Shown here: in pieces, positions 1 to 8,684 of the stretch
Layout: every line of letters begins with the position of its first letter
Position numbering within the stretch: position 1 is the first letter of the stretch
NCBI GenBank assembly: GCA_012842605.1
Contig: DUSN01000070.1
Location: forward strand, 66,668-90,667
Length of the DNA stretch: 24,000 nt
From: Clostridiales bacterium
Lineage (GTDB): Bacteria > Bacillota > Clostridia > Caldicoprobacterales > DTU083
Reading direction: 5' to 3'
Program-made: the position numbers and the translations under genes
The notes under the pieces: generated by a model
The model's database searches: none
Told to the model about the DNA's origin: nothing
What the model saw: only the letters and a program-made list of their open reading frames with translations

Positions 1-1
1 A

Positions 2-334
2 AAAGCGAGATATCCCGGATATGATCTTTGCTACATTATAGGCGGCGATACATTGCTTGATCTGAAAAACTGGAGAGATTTTATGAATGTAGCCAGGCTG
101 TGCAGCTTTATTGTGTACCGTCGGCCGGGATACGAAGATCAGGAAATAAACTCGGTGGCCGACAGGCTTGCCCGTGAATACCAGGCTGATATTGCGTTTG
201 TTGAAGGTCCTGGGCTGGATATATCATCCAGGTATATTAAAAGCAGGCTGTACAGTAACCAAACAATCAGATACCTGGTACCGGAAGCTGTTTATGAATA
301 TATAAAGAAACGCAAACTATATAAAGGGGTATAG
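2..334 (+). CDS. nadD: Nicotinate-nucleotide adenylyltransferase NadD, C-terminal part (5' end lies outside the window)
   Basis: The reading frame is open from position 2 (KARYPGYDLCYIIGGDTLLDLKNW...). It ends ...IRYLVPEAVYEYIKKRKLY, a typical NadD C-terminus. It sits directly upstream of yqeK and rsfS, as in the Bacillus yqeJ-yqeK-yqeL cluster. Confidence 0.8.
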   Translation, partial: KARYPGYDLCYIIGGDTLLDLKNWRDFMNVARLCSFIVYRRPGYEDQEINSVADRLAREYQADIAFVEGPGLDISSRYIKSRLYSNQTIRYLVPEAVYEYIKKRKLYKGV

Positions 335-337
335 AAA

Positions 338-964
338 ATGGCTGGTTATGACAGCATAGTAAACGAGCTTAGTAAATGGATTGATGATAAACGGCTGAAA
401 CATTCATATGGAGTAAGTGAATGCGCAGCAAAACTGGCTGAGCATTATGGTGCAGACGCAGATAAGGCAAGACTGGCCGGCTTAATTCATGACTGTGCAA
501 AAAACCTTCCTGACCAGGAGGCACTTAGGCTGTGCAAGAAGTATCATTTTCAGCCGGATGCCATATCATGTATGAATAAAGCATTGCTCCATGCTCCCCT
601 TGGAGCATTGTTGGCACAAGAAATTTTTGGGATACATGACCGGGAAATATTGGATGCAATTGCGTGCCATACTACGGGGAAAAAAGGGATGTCGCTATTT
701 GAAAAGATAATATGCCTGGCGGACTACATTGAAGAGGGGCGCAGGTATGAAGGGGTGGACAATATCAGATCCCTTGCCTTTAAGGATATAAATAAGGCAT
801 TGCTTACTGCCTTTGAACTGTCCATACGCAATGTGCTGGACAGAGGTAAGCTGCTTCATCCCATGACGGTAGAGTCAAGGAATGCTATACTTTTAGAGAT
901 TGAAAATGAAGATAAATCCCGGCAGCTGGCATCTCTTAAGAACCAGCAGCCAATAGAAAGTTGA
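338..964 (+). CDS. yqeK: HD-domain bis(5'-nucleosyl)-tetraphosphatase, YqeK family
   Basis: HD motif (GLIHDCAK), the HSYGVSECAAKLAEHYG region and CHTTG. It starts 3 nt after the nadD stop, in conserved nadD-yqeK-rsfS order. Confidence 0.85.
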   Translation: MAGYDSIVNELSKWIDDKRLKHSYGVSECAAKLAEHYGADADKARLAGLIHDCAKNLPDQEALRLCKKYHFQPDAISCMNKALLHAPLGALLAQEIFGIHDREILDAIACHTTGKKGMSLFEKIICLADYIEEGRRYEGVDNIRSLAFKDINKALLTAFELSIRNVLDRGKLLHPMTVESRNAILLEIENEDKSRQLASLKNQQPIES

Positions 965-1015
965 AAGGGAAATATTTATATACTCAACTTTTATGTGAAA
1001 AAAGGAGGCTTTATT

Positions 1016-1360
1016 TTGTACGATTCCTACAAGCTGGCTCAGGAAATAGCAGATATACTGGATGACAGAAAAGCGGAAAATATTATAGTTTTGGACATAA
1101 GCCGTTTGTCCATACTGGCTGATTACTTTGTTATTGCATCCGGCAGGTCAGAGCTTCAGGTAAGTGCTTTGCACGATGAGCTGAATAAAAGGCTGTCAGC
1201 TAAGGGTATAAACCCGCTTCACCTGGACCAAAGCAAACGATGGGTTGTATTGGACTACGGTGATATTATAGTCCATATATTTCACCATGAGGAAAGGTCT
1301 TTCTACAACCTGGAAAGGCTTTGGGCAGATGCAATGCAGATTCGTTCTTCAGCTGAATAA
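1016..1360 (+). CDS. rsfS: Ribosome silencing factor RsfS
   Basis: Family-typical ENIIVLD...ADYFVIASGRS...WVVLDYGDIIVHIF...FYNLERLW. The ORF track starts at GTG 995, but GGAGG at 1004-1008 lies 7 nt upstream of the in-frame TTG at 1016. I therefore prefer 1016 as the start. Confidence 0.85.
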   Translation: MYDSYKLAQEIADILDDRKAENIIVLDISRLSILADYFVIASGRSELQVSALHDELNKRLSAKGINPLHLDQSKRWVVLDYGDIIVHIFHHEERSFYNLERLWADAMQIRSSAE

Positions 1361-1374
1361 AGCTGCGTATATGG

Positions 1375-2793
1375 TTAGTACCTGCGGTACATGAAATATC
1401 GTCTGCGTCTTCTTCGGTTTATAATTAATACGGCAATCTTCAGCAGGATAAAAGCCGATATAATACTAACGACTAATATTATCCAGCTAAATCCTGGTTC
1501 ACCCGGTTCAGGTGTCAGGACATCCAATACAGTTTTACGCTGTACATCCCGTACTGCGGTCAGCGGCGCGGAAGCAAGCAATTTTCCGTTGAGTGTTACA
1601 TTCAACACTCCAAGCTGCTGGCCTTTGTAAATGGGAGCTTCCAGCCGGGGCATTTCTTCTGTTGATTTTTCAGACAGTAAATCTGTATTCCATATAATTT
1701 CCTGTTTTATGAGAGGTATATCTTCCCTATGAAAGACATCTCCAAAATCCTTGGCAGAAATTTGCACTGCAAGACTGCCCCAGTCGTCAGAGGCATAATT
1801 GTCAACCGGCAGCGCTTGTATGATAGCACCTTCCCTGAACACCACATGATATTCAAAATTTGAAAAGCCATATTCGAGCATATCCCGTGTTTCTTTCCAC
1901 TGGCAGTTATGCTGTGAATTTAACACCACTGCTACCAGATCCAGACCATTCTTTGATGCAAAGGTCACCAGGCATTGCCCGGCTTTGCTGGTATAGCCGG
2001 TTTTGCCTCCGGTAGCATATTCATAGTATTCGTCTTCGTTTTTATTCAGTATTTTATTTTTGCTCCGCCAATAGCGCGGCTCACCTGTGTCCCAGTATTT
2101 TGTGTCCATAGAAATAGTGGAAGCCGCCTGCATGAAAAATTCATTCTTCATAGCTTCTCTGCCGATCATGGCAAGATCGTAGGCAGTGGTATAATGATCT
2201 GGGTCATGATATCCATGGGGATTTACAAAATGTGAATTCCTGGCTCCGGCTTTTTTGGCACGGTCGTTCATCAGCATGGCAAAGTAATCCAGGGCTTCCT
2301 GGGTGGATAAATTTTTTCCGGATTTTTTCCTGGCAATGTGGACTGCTATGGTATTGGCAGCATCATTGCCTGAGTTTATCATCATACCCAGTACAAGGTC
2401 TCTCAGGGTGATCTTTTCACCGATTGTTAATCCAGCCTTTGAACTGTCCCAGGGTACTAAATTGACTTCATCACCTACAGTTACCATTTCATCCAGTTTT
2501 CCGTATTCAGCAGCTATCAATGCAGTAAGTATTTTAGTAGTGCTGGCAGGGTATAATCTTTGGTATTCCTGCTTTCCAAACAGAACCTTGCCGGTATTTA
2601 ATTCTATTATTACAGCCCCTTGTGCAGTCATCTGCTCCAGTGGGTCTGAATTCTCCTGTTCTGTAACAACTGATATATCTATGCCTGTTGCGGTCTTATC
2701 TGCTGGTTCACCAAAAACGATTGCTGGAGCTGAACTTATTAAAATAATAGTAATGAGTATATAGCAAATAAATTTAAAAACTGACTTTTTCAT
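1375..2793 (-). CDS. Serine-type D-Ala-D-Ala carboxypeptidase (PBP5/DacB-like, peptidase S11) with signal peptide and C-terminal membrane anchor
   Basis: SxxK (ASTTK), SxN (SGND) and KTG (KTGYT) motifs are present. A signal-peptide-like MKKSVFKFICYILITIILISSAPA begins at the internal ATG ending at 2793, preceded by AAGGGG. I treat the upstream 22 codons of the ORF-track call as an over-extension. The C-terminus carries a hydrophobic helix followed by RRRRRR. Confidence 0.85.
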   Translation of the reverse strand: MKKSVFKFICYILITIILISSAPAIVFGEPADKTATGIDISVVTEQENSDPLEQMTAQGAVIIELNTGKVLFGKQEYQRLYPASTTKILTALIAAEYGKLDEMVTVGDEVNLVPWDSSKAGLTIGEKITLRDLVLGMMINSGNDAANTIAVHIARKKSGKNLSTQEALDYFAMLMNDRAKKAGARNSHFVNPHGYHDPDHYTTAYDLAMIGREAMKNEFFMQAASTISMDTKYWDTGEPRYWRSKNKILNKNEDEYYEYATGGKTGYTSKAGQCLVTFASKNGLDLVAVVLNSQHNCQWKETRDMLEYGFSNFEYHVVFREGAIIQALPVDNYASDDWGSLAVQISAKDFGDVFHREDIPLIKQEIIWNTDLLSEKSTEEMPRLEAPIYKGQQLGVLNVTLNGKLLASAPLTAVRDVQRKTVLDVLTPEPGEPGFSWIILVVSIISAFILLKIAVLIINRRRRRRYFMYRRY

Positions 2794-2996
2794 GGATAAC
2801 CCCTTAGATAATTTTCTGTCTATATAAACCGTAAAACAAAATTTATTATACCATAACAACTTGTGTTATTCACCCCTAAAAGATGCATTATATAATATGT
2901 TTTTCTATGAATCCCTGATGTATAGAACTTAAATATGAAGGAATTTAACGATTTTCATCGAATAATACTAACATTATTTGGGAATCAGGTGGGATT

Positions 2997-3656
2997 ATGT
3001 TTCATTTTGACAGAATACAGCAGAAAATATTCGTTATTATGGGCATATTAATACTGATTCTATCCGGCATTTTAATTTTCAGGGAGTATAATTACCGTGG
3101 CAGGCTTTCTGCAGATTTATCCGGCACTTCTCCGCAGATTTGGGAAAACCCCGGCATTGTTCCGTCAAACAAGCCAGCAGAAGAACAGCCTGGAAAACAA
3201 GTCCGGTCCGGAGAAACTGAACGTCAAATCATAAAGGTTTATATAACTGGCAAGGTGAAGAACCCGGGTGTAATAACCATGTACGAAGGAGACCGGGTAG
3301 ATGACGCTATAAAGCTGGCGGGTGGTGCACTGCCTGATGCTGACTTGTCGCGCATTAACCTTGCTATGAAGGTACAGGATGAGGATATGTATTATGTACC
3401 CGGCATCGGAGAAGAGATTCCTGATGAAATACTGCTGCCCGGCAGCCAGCAAAGCGCTGGAAGCAAGGTGAATATTAATAAGGCGGATCAGGCCCAATTG
3501 GAGACTTTACCGGGTATTGGCCCTGCCAAGGCACAAAAAATTATTGAATACCGGGAGAAGCATGGTGGATTCAAGACAATAGAAGAAATAATGAATGTGT
3601 CCGGAATCGGCGAAAAAACATACGAAGCCTTGAAAGATCAAATAGATATCAGGTAG
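2997..3656 (+). CDS. comEA: ComEA-family DNA-binding competence protein (N-terminal anchor, SLBB-like region, C-terminal helix-hairpin-helix pair)
   Basis: The C-terminus VNINKADQAQLETLPGIGPAKAQKIIEYREKHGGFKTIEEIMNVSGIGEKTYEALK is the canonical ComEA HhH module. An N-terminal hydrophobic helix is present, and AGGTGGG precedes the ATG. Confidence 0.85.
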   Translation: MFHFDRIQQKIFVIMGILILILSGILIFREYNYRGRLSADLSGTSPQIWENPGIVPSNKPAEEQPGKQVRSGETERQIIKVYITGKVKNPGVITMYEGDRVDDAIKLAGGALPDADLSRINLAMKVQDEDMYYVPGIGEEIPDEILLPGSQQSAGSKVNINKADQAQLETLPGIGPAKAQKIIEYREKHGGFKTIEEIMNVSGIGEKTYEALKDQIDIR

Positions 3657-3696
3657 CTGTACAGGAAAAGTATGGCAATCCAAAAAACGGGTAAAA

Positions 3697-3725
3697 TTGA
3701 TTTTAGAGGCCTTGTATGGTAGAAT
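3697..3725 (+). promoter_or_regulatory. Sigma-A-like promoter for the two-component/GerMN operon
   Basis: TTGATT (3697-3702), a 17-nt spacer, then TAGAAT (3720-3725) preceded by TGg (extended -10). It lies about 30 nt upstream of the response-regulator ATG. Confidence 0.5.
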
Positions 3726-3756
3726 TATCATATAAATACAGAAAGGATACGATGCT

Positions 3757-4437
3757 ATGGCTAAAAAGATATTAATAGTGGATGATGAACCTGCCATTGT
3801 TAAAGGCCTTTCCTTCAGCCTTAAACAGGATGGGTATGAAATAGACGCAGCATATGACGGTGAAGAAGCAATCGAAAAATTCAACAACAACCCCTATGAA
3901 TTGGTGATATTGGACGTTATGCTTCCCAAACTGGACGGATTGTCTGTATTGCAGCGCATTCGTGAACGTTCCAGAGTACCGGTCATCATGCTGACTGCCA
4001 AGGGTGAGGATATGGATAAGATATTAGGCCTGGATTACGGAGCTGATGACTATATAACCAAACCCTTCAACATACTTGAGCTTAAAGCCAGAATTAAGGC
4101 TGTTTTCCGCAGGCTGAGCGGTGTAAGCACAGAACAGGTCATCCGTGTAAAGAATATGGAAATTAATCTTTCCAACCGTAGCGTGACTATAGATGGCAAA
4201 GAGGTCAATTTAACAGCCAAGGAATTTGATTTGCTGCAATTGTTTGCAACGAATCCTGGAAAGGTGTACAGCCGGGAAAGTCTGCTGGAGATTGTCTGGA
4301 AATATGACTACCTGGGTGATTTGAGAACAGTTGATGTGCATATACGCCGACTCCGGGAGAAAATAGAAAAGAATCCCAGCCAACCTGATTTTATATTTAC
4401 CAAATGGGGAGTTGGATATTATTTTGCGGATAAATAA
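3757..4437 (+). CDS. OmpR/PhoB-family response regulator (WalR/MtrA-like)
   Basis: Receiver domain (ILIVDDE...LVILDVMLPKLDG...IMLTAKGE...GADDYITKPF) and a winged-helix output domain (LTAKEFDLLQLF...VWKYDY...RTVDVHIRRLREKIE). Confidence 0.9.
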   Translation: MAKKILIVDDEPAIVKGLSFSLKQDGYEIDAAYDGEEAIEKFNNNPYELVILDVMLPKLDGLSVLQRIRERSRVPVIMLTAKGEDMDKILGLDYGADDYITKPFNILELKARIKAVFRRLSGVSTEQVIRVKNMEINLSNRSVTIDGKEVNLTAKEFDLLQLFATNPGKVYSRESLLEIVWKYDYLGDLRTVDVHIRRLREKIEKNPSQPDFIFTKWGVGYYFADK

Positions 4438-5905
4438 GCGCTTTTTTTCCAGCCTTCGCTGGAGAATAGCATTTGCTTACCTGATGGTAATAGGGATAGG
4501 CTTTTTTATAATCAACATTTCTATCATGGAAATCCTGGAGCAGCATCTGATTGATGATAAAAAGACCGCTTACCAGAAATATTCGATTCAACTGGCCCAG
4601 ATCATTGCAAATGGTTTTTATGAGCGGGATCCAAACATTTTTTATCAGATTCGGGAGTTCGGCAATGAAATAGATCAGATAGAAGGCGAATCAACCAGGA
4701 TTCTCATTTTAAATGACAGCGGCATTGTAGAGATGGATTCCTATCAAAGCACCAGCCTGCTGCGCCGGAATCTAAGCGAAGATTATTCGGAAGTATCAAG
4801 TGTTTTGCAGGGCGAGTCCGTTCCGGCAAGAGATTTAATTATCGCAACCGGTGACCCGGTAGAATATAAAAGGGTGCTGTATGCATATGCTCCTATTACT
4901 CACTATTCAGAAGGCATAATTGGAATGGTGTTTTTATCAACATCATTGGATGGCATTGAATCCATAATGAATGATATACGGAAAGCCATCGTTTTCTTCT
5001 CTGCAATAATTAGTGTATCTATTATATTAGTCAGCTTGATACTGTCCGGCTTCATTACCCATCCTATTAAAGAGCTGACTGCTGTAATTACTAAAATGAG
5101 CAAGGGGTACTTGAATCAAAGGATTAATATCCGTGGAGGCGGAGAATTGCGCCAGCTTGGAGAAGCCTTTAATATAATGAGCGAAAGGCTGGAAAACCTG
5201 GATAATGCTCGTAATGAGTTTGTATCCAATGCATCCCACGAGTTGAAGACACCTTTAAGCGCCATTAAAGTACTTGCGGAATCATTGCTTAATATGGATG
5301 TGGACGATCCTGCTATTTATAAGGAATTTTTATCAGATATAAATTTTGAAATTGACAGGTTGAACGCTATTATCACTGACCTTCTTGTGCTGGTCCAGAT
5401 GGACAAGGAAGGAGCAGCCAGCCAGTTTAAACGGGAGCCGGTGGATTTGAATGAACTTGCAAGAAGAACAATAAAAGGCCTGCAGCTGCTGGCTGAACAG
5501 AAAAAAATTCGGCTGGAGCATTTCTCTGAAGAAGAAGTGGTTGTAATGGGTGATATGCTTAAGCTGCAGCAGGTTATATCAAACATAATTGACAATGGCA
5601 TTAAATATACGCCGGATGGCGGAAGGGTTACAGTAGAGGTATACAACACCCCGGAACATGCTGTTGTCAAGGTTAGCGACACTGGAATCGGCATCAGCCA
5701 AAAGGACATTAGCAGGATATTTGACCGGTTCTATAGAGTTGATAAGGCCAGGTCCCGCGCAACCGGAGGTACAGGCCTGGGATTGTCAATTGCAAATAAG
5801 ATAGTAATGCTGCATCACGGGTTTATCCGGGTTACCAGTGAAGAAAACAAAGGTACTACCTTTTATATAGAACTTCCATATAATTCAGGTACTGAAGTCG
5901 AATGA
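4412..5905 (+). CDS. Membrane sensor histidine kinase (TM1, ~150-aa extracytoplasmic loop, TM2, HAMP, HisKA, HATPase_c)
   Basis: H-box SHELKTPLSAI, N-box IDNGIKYTP, G1 DTGIGI and G2 GGTGLGLSI. There are two hydrophobic helices (about residues 17-39 and 192-215), and HAMP leads directly into HisKA with no cytoplasmic PAS. The gene overlaps the regulator stop, suggesting translational coupling. The exact start is uncertain (TTG 4412 or TTG 4424). Confidence 0.9.
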   Translation: MDIILRINKRFFSSLRWRIAFAYLMVIGIGFFIINISIMEILEQHLIDDKKTAYQKYSIQLAQIIANGFYERDPNIFYQIREFGNEIDQIEGESTRILILNDSGIVEMDSYQSTSLLRRNLSEDYSEVSSVLQGESVPARDLIIATGDPVEYKRVLYAYAPITHYSEGIIGMVFLSTSLDGIESIMNDIRKAIVFFSAIISVSIILVSLILSGFITHPIKELTAVITKMSKGYLNQRINIRGGGELRQLGEAFNIMSERLENLDNARNEFVSNASHELKTPLSAIKVLAESLLNMDVDDPAIYKEFLSDINFEIDRLNAIITDLLVLVQMDKEGAASQFKREPVDLNELARRTIKGLQLLAEQKKIRLEHFSEEEVVVMGDMLKLQQVISNIIDNGIKYTPDGGRVTVEVYNTPEHAVVKVSDTGIGISQKDISRIFDRFYRVDKARSRATGGTGLGLSIANKIVMLHHGFIRVTSEENKGTTFYIELPYNSGTEVE

Positions 5906-5970
5906 TGACGATTAATCGTATTGTTAAGTTTGCTTAACAAAATTGTAAAGTGATACTGATATAATGAGGT

Positions 5971-6999
5971 ATGAGGTTGATGAATATTAGCAGAAAATTG
6001 AATATATTAGTACCGGTAATTATAATAATGCTGGCTCTTATAACCGGATGCAGCAGGTTGCTGGGTAACATACCGGGCAATGATAATGAAGGCAGAACTG
6101 CCAATCCGCCTCAGGTGAAAGAAAGTCCTGTGCCCATTGACCCTTATGAACAGGCAAAGGAGACACGGATAACATTGTACTTCAAGCATGAAATTGCGGA
6201 CTTTCTTGTGCCGGAAGAGCGAACAGTACTGCAGGAGAAAAAGAGCACCGAACAGCTTATAGTTGAAGAACTGCTGAAAGGCCCACAAAGCTTTGAAAGG
6301 GTGCTGGTAATGCCGCCCGGTACAGAAATAATAGATGTTACCAGGCGAAGCGACACGGTCTTTGTAAACCTGACCGATGATTTTTTAAATCCCATAGACC
6401 TGACAGCCATACCAGGCAAGGAGAAAACCCCGGAAGAGGATTATGCAGCGGTACAGGCTGAAATGAAGCGGCTGGCAGTATATTCTATTGTCAATTCATT
6501 GACATACCTGGATGGAGTAAATCAGGTAAAGTTAATGGTTAACAACACTCAGCTGTCCTATCGTGAGATGGGAACCGAAATATTGCTGGAAGAGGGCTCG
6601 GTATTAAACCCTGATTCCCCCATGGTTGCCTTGCACAGAAACAAGAATGTAAACCAAACTCCGGCTAAAACTGTTAGACTGGTGCTGAATGCACTGACTG
6701 CAGAACCGGACTGGGATATAATATACAGGTTTTTATCCGGTAAGACCATGGATGGCAGCAATCTGCCGCCCCTGGACGAGTTTAAAGCTAAAGTTCCGCC
6801 TGTAGTGGGAGGCATGATTGCTTTTGAAGGCAGCCCTGTAATAGAAGAGGAATACCTGGTAAACAAGGCTTTTGTAACAGTACAATATACAGATAAAACA
6901 TCTGAGCCTGCAAAAGAAGTAAATGAGGTACTGACAGTTGATTACATTGATGGTATATGGAAGCTGCGGCTTCCGTCGATCTTCAGTCAGTATAAATAG
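5971..6999 (+). CDS. Lipoprotein with one GerMN (Germane) domain and an unassigned ~125-aa C-terminal domain
   Basis: Lipobox LITGC after a basic/hydrophobic leader. GerMN-like block ITLYFKHE..FLVPEERTV....LIVEELLKGPQS...PPGTEIIDVTRRSDTVFVNLTDDF. The start could instead be the in-frame ATG at 5980. Confidence 0.7.
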   Translation: MRLMNISRKLNILVPVIIIMLALITGCSRLLGNIPGNDNEGRTANPPQVKESPVPIDPYEQAKETRITLYFKHEIADFLVPEERTVLQEKKSTEQLIVEELLKGPQSFERVLVMPPGTEIIDVTRRSDTVFVNLTDDFLNPIDLTAIPGKEKTPEEDYAAVQAEMKRLAVYSIVNSLTYLDGVNQVKLMVNNTQLSYREMGTEILLEEGSVLNPDSPMVALHRNKNVNQTPAKTVRLVLNALTAEPDWDIIYRFLSGKTMDGSNLPPLDEFKAKVPPVVGGMIAFEGSPVIEEEYLVNKAFVTVQYTDKTSEPAKEVNEVLTVDYIDGIWKLRLPSIFSQYK

Positions 7000-7042
7000 T
7001 TCAGTATAAACAAAGATGGGCAGCCGGAAAGGAGGGACAGCA

Positions 7043-8551
7043 ATGCGTCGTTTAGGACTGCTATGCATAGTCCTCGTCAGTATTATGCTGGTGGCTTGTG
7101 CCGGACCGCTGGCAAGGGATAAAGATGATAAAATAAAAGAGTTTAACAGAATAGAACAGGATGATGCTGAGATATCGGGTTCACCTGCGGATTTGGCCGA
7201 CAGTCCCAGGGTAGGGCAGTATTCAATTCTAAACACCAATGTCAACTTATACTTCCTTGATGAATCCTTAGGACAATTGGTTCCGGAAGTAAGAAGGTTT
7301 AATGCAGATTGGAGCAATATGGAACTTGTTGATTTTGCCCTGAAGCAGCTGATTAAGGGACCGGAAACAAGCGGCCTCAGCCCAGTGATTTCAAAGGATG
7401 TAAAAATTAACAAGATAGAGTTTGAGGAAAACATCCTGTCAGTGGATTTATCTTCTGAATTCTATGAATCCGATGATTTGGCACTGGCCAGAGCTGCCAT
7501 AACAAATTCCCTGCTGGATTTGGGAAACTTCAAGTATATAAGGCTGACAATTGATGGCAGGGAGGCATCAGACAGCTTGGGTGCAAATGCCGGATTAACC
7601 GGCTTGCTGACCAGGTATCCTGTCAGCATAAATGAGATTTCAGCCTTGGAAGCTCAAAACTTCAGCAATGCCGATGTACGCAAAATAAAATGGGAGCTGT
7701 TCTTTCAGGATTATAGCGGATATTATCTGCTTTCTGAAGTAAGGACCATCAATGTCAGGAACAACAACTATGCGGAAGCCATAGTAAATGAATTGATTAA
7801 AGGGCCGTCTGCTGAAGGAGAAGGATATTATCCTACAATACCTAAAGGTACTGTTTTAAATAAAACTGAATTCATAAAAGGAAAAGATGACAAAAGCGGA
7901 ATAGCATTATATTTCTCAAAAGAATTCAGGAATTTGGATGCATCAGGACCTTCTCAGGAAACCTCCATGCTGAGTTCTCTCGTATACAGCCTGACTTCAC
8001 TGCCCCAGGTGGATTTTATAAAGATTTATTATGAAAACAGTGAAGGTGAATATATAGAAGATCCTATATATAATACTTCACTGGAAAAGGAGTTAACCGT
8101 AGATCATTTCCCAAACAGAATTGGGAGACGAGTCCGTGTTTATTTTGGGGATACGCAGAGCATGCTTCTGCACCCCGAATACAGGGCGATAGCATATGAT
8201 GAAAATAACCTTGCTGCACGTATTTTGGCAGAGCTTGCTACGGATCCGGTTAACCCCGAAAGTGAAAGGGTAATTCCGGCATATATTCAGCCGGGAGATA
8301 TTTCTGTAAAAGTTGAAGAACAATTGGCAGAAGTGGACATACCATCTGCTTGCTTTGATGCTATAGACATTGACAACAAGAGGATTATCCGGGATTTATA
8401 TGCAGTAGTGAATACTCTCACTGATCCTGTAAACATGTGCAATATCAGGGAAGTACAATTTACCATAGATGGCAGCGTAGTTGAATCCTATAAAGATATT
8501 TCATTGAAGGAACCTTTTGTTATGAACCCGGCTTTGATAAAGACAGAATGA
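7043..8551 (+). CDS. Lipoprotein with three tandem GerMN-like repeats
   Basis: GGAGGG (7030-7035) lies 7 nt before ATG 7043, giving MRRLGLLCIVLVSIMLVAC (lipobox LVAC). The ORF-track start at 7016 is probably over-extended. Three repeats share one pattern: VNLYFLDE..LVPEVR...LKQLIKGP; WELFFQDY..LLSEVR...VNELIKGPS; VRVYFGDT..LHPEYR...ILAELATDP. Confidence 0.7.
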   Translation: MRRLGLLCIVLVSIMLVACAGPLARDKDDKIKEFNRIEQDDAEISGSPADLADSPRVGQYSILNTNVNLYFLDESLGQLVPEVRRFNADWSNMELVDFALKQLIKGPETSGLSPVISKDVKINKIEFEENILSVDLSSEFYESDDLALARAAITNSLLDLGNFKYIRLTIDGREASDSLGANAGLTGLLTRYPVSINEISALEAQNFSNADVRKIKWELFFQDYSGYYLLSEVRTINVRNNNYAEAIVNELIKGPSAEGEGYYPTIPKGTVLNKTEFIKGKDDKSGIALYFSKEFRNLDASGPSQETSMLSSLVYSLTSLPQVDFIKIYYENSEGEYIEDPIYNTSLEKELTVDHFPNRIGRRVRVYFGDTQSMLLHPEYRAIAYDENNLAARILAELATDPVNPESERVIPAYIQPGDISVKVEEQLAEVDIPSACFDAIDIDNKRIIRDLYAVVNTLTDPVNMCNIREVQFTIDGSVVESYKDISLKEPFVMNPALIKTE

Positions 8552-8585
8552 GAATTTCTGCTTTAATAAATTCAATTATATTGCA

Positions 8586-8625
8586 AACAACCTGTCGATT
8601 CATAGGCGGGTTGTTTTATTTTCTG
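8586..8625 (+). terminator. Intrinsic terminator ending the two-component/GerMN transcription unit
   Basis: An 11-bp stem (8586-8596 pairs with 8605-8615, two G-U pairs) with an 8-nt loop, followed by TTTTATTTTC. Confidence 0.65.
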
Positions 8626-8684
8626 GAGGATATTTTATCCAGCCGGCGAATATCATACTTATTAAGAACTAAGGAGGATATCAT

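Noticed and set aside
1391-2764. Plus-strand ORFs 1391-1630, 1975-2235 and 2303-2764 inside the carboxypeptidase gene
   Set aside because: They are antisense to a gene with complete SxxK/SxN/KTG motifs. The translations are low-complexity and Ser/Pro/Ile-rich, with no ribosome-binding sites or recognisable motifs.
3165-3890. Minus-strand ORFs 3165-3497 and 3507-3890
   Set aside because: They are antisense to comEA and to the response-regulator 5' end. They have no motifs and the usual antisense composition.
5906-7042. Sporulation sigma-E-type promoters upstream of the GerMN lipoprotein genes, as for B. subtilis gerM
   Set aside because: I could not find a convincing ATA...CATACA-T type motif in either short gap. 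Absence by eye is weak evidence, so this remains an explicit test under the operon finding rather than a claim.
6733-7434. A 233-aa minus-strand ORF spanning the junction of the two GerMN genes
   Set aside because: It is long, but Ser/Leu-rich and motif-free, and has no Shine-Dalgarno site. It overlaps two well-supported lipoprotein genes. The length is explained by stop-codon depletion opposite real coding frames.
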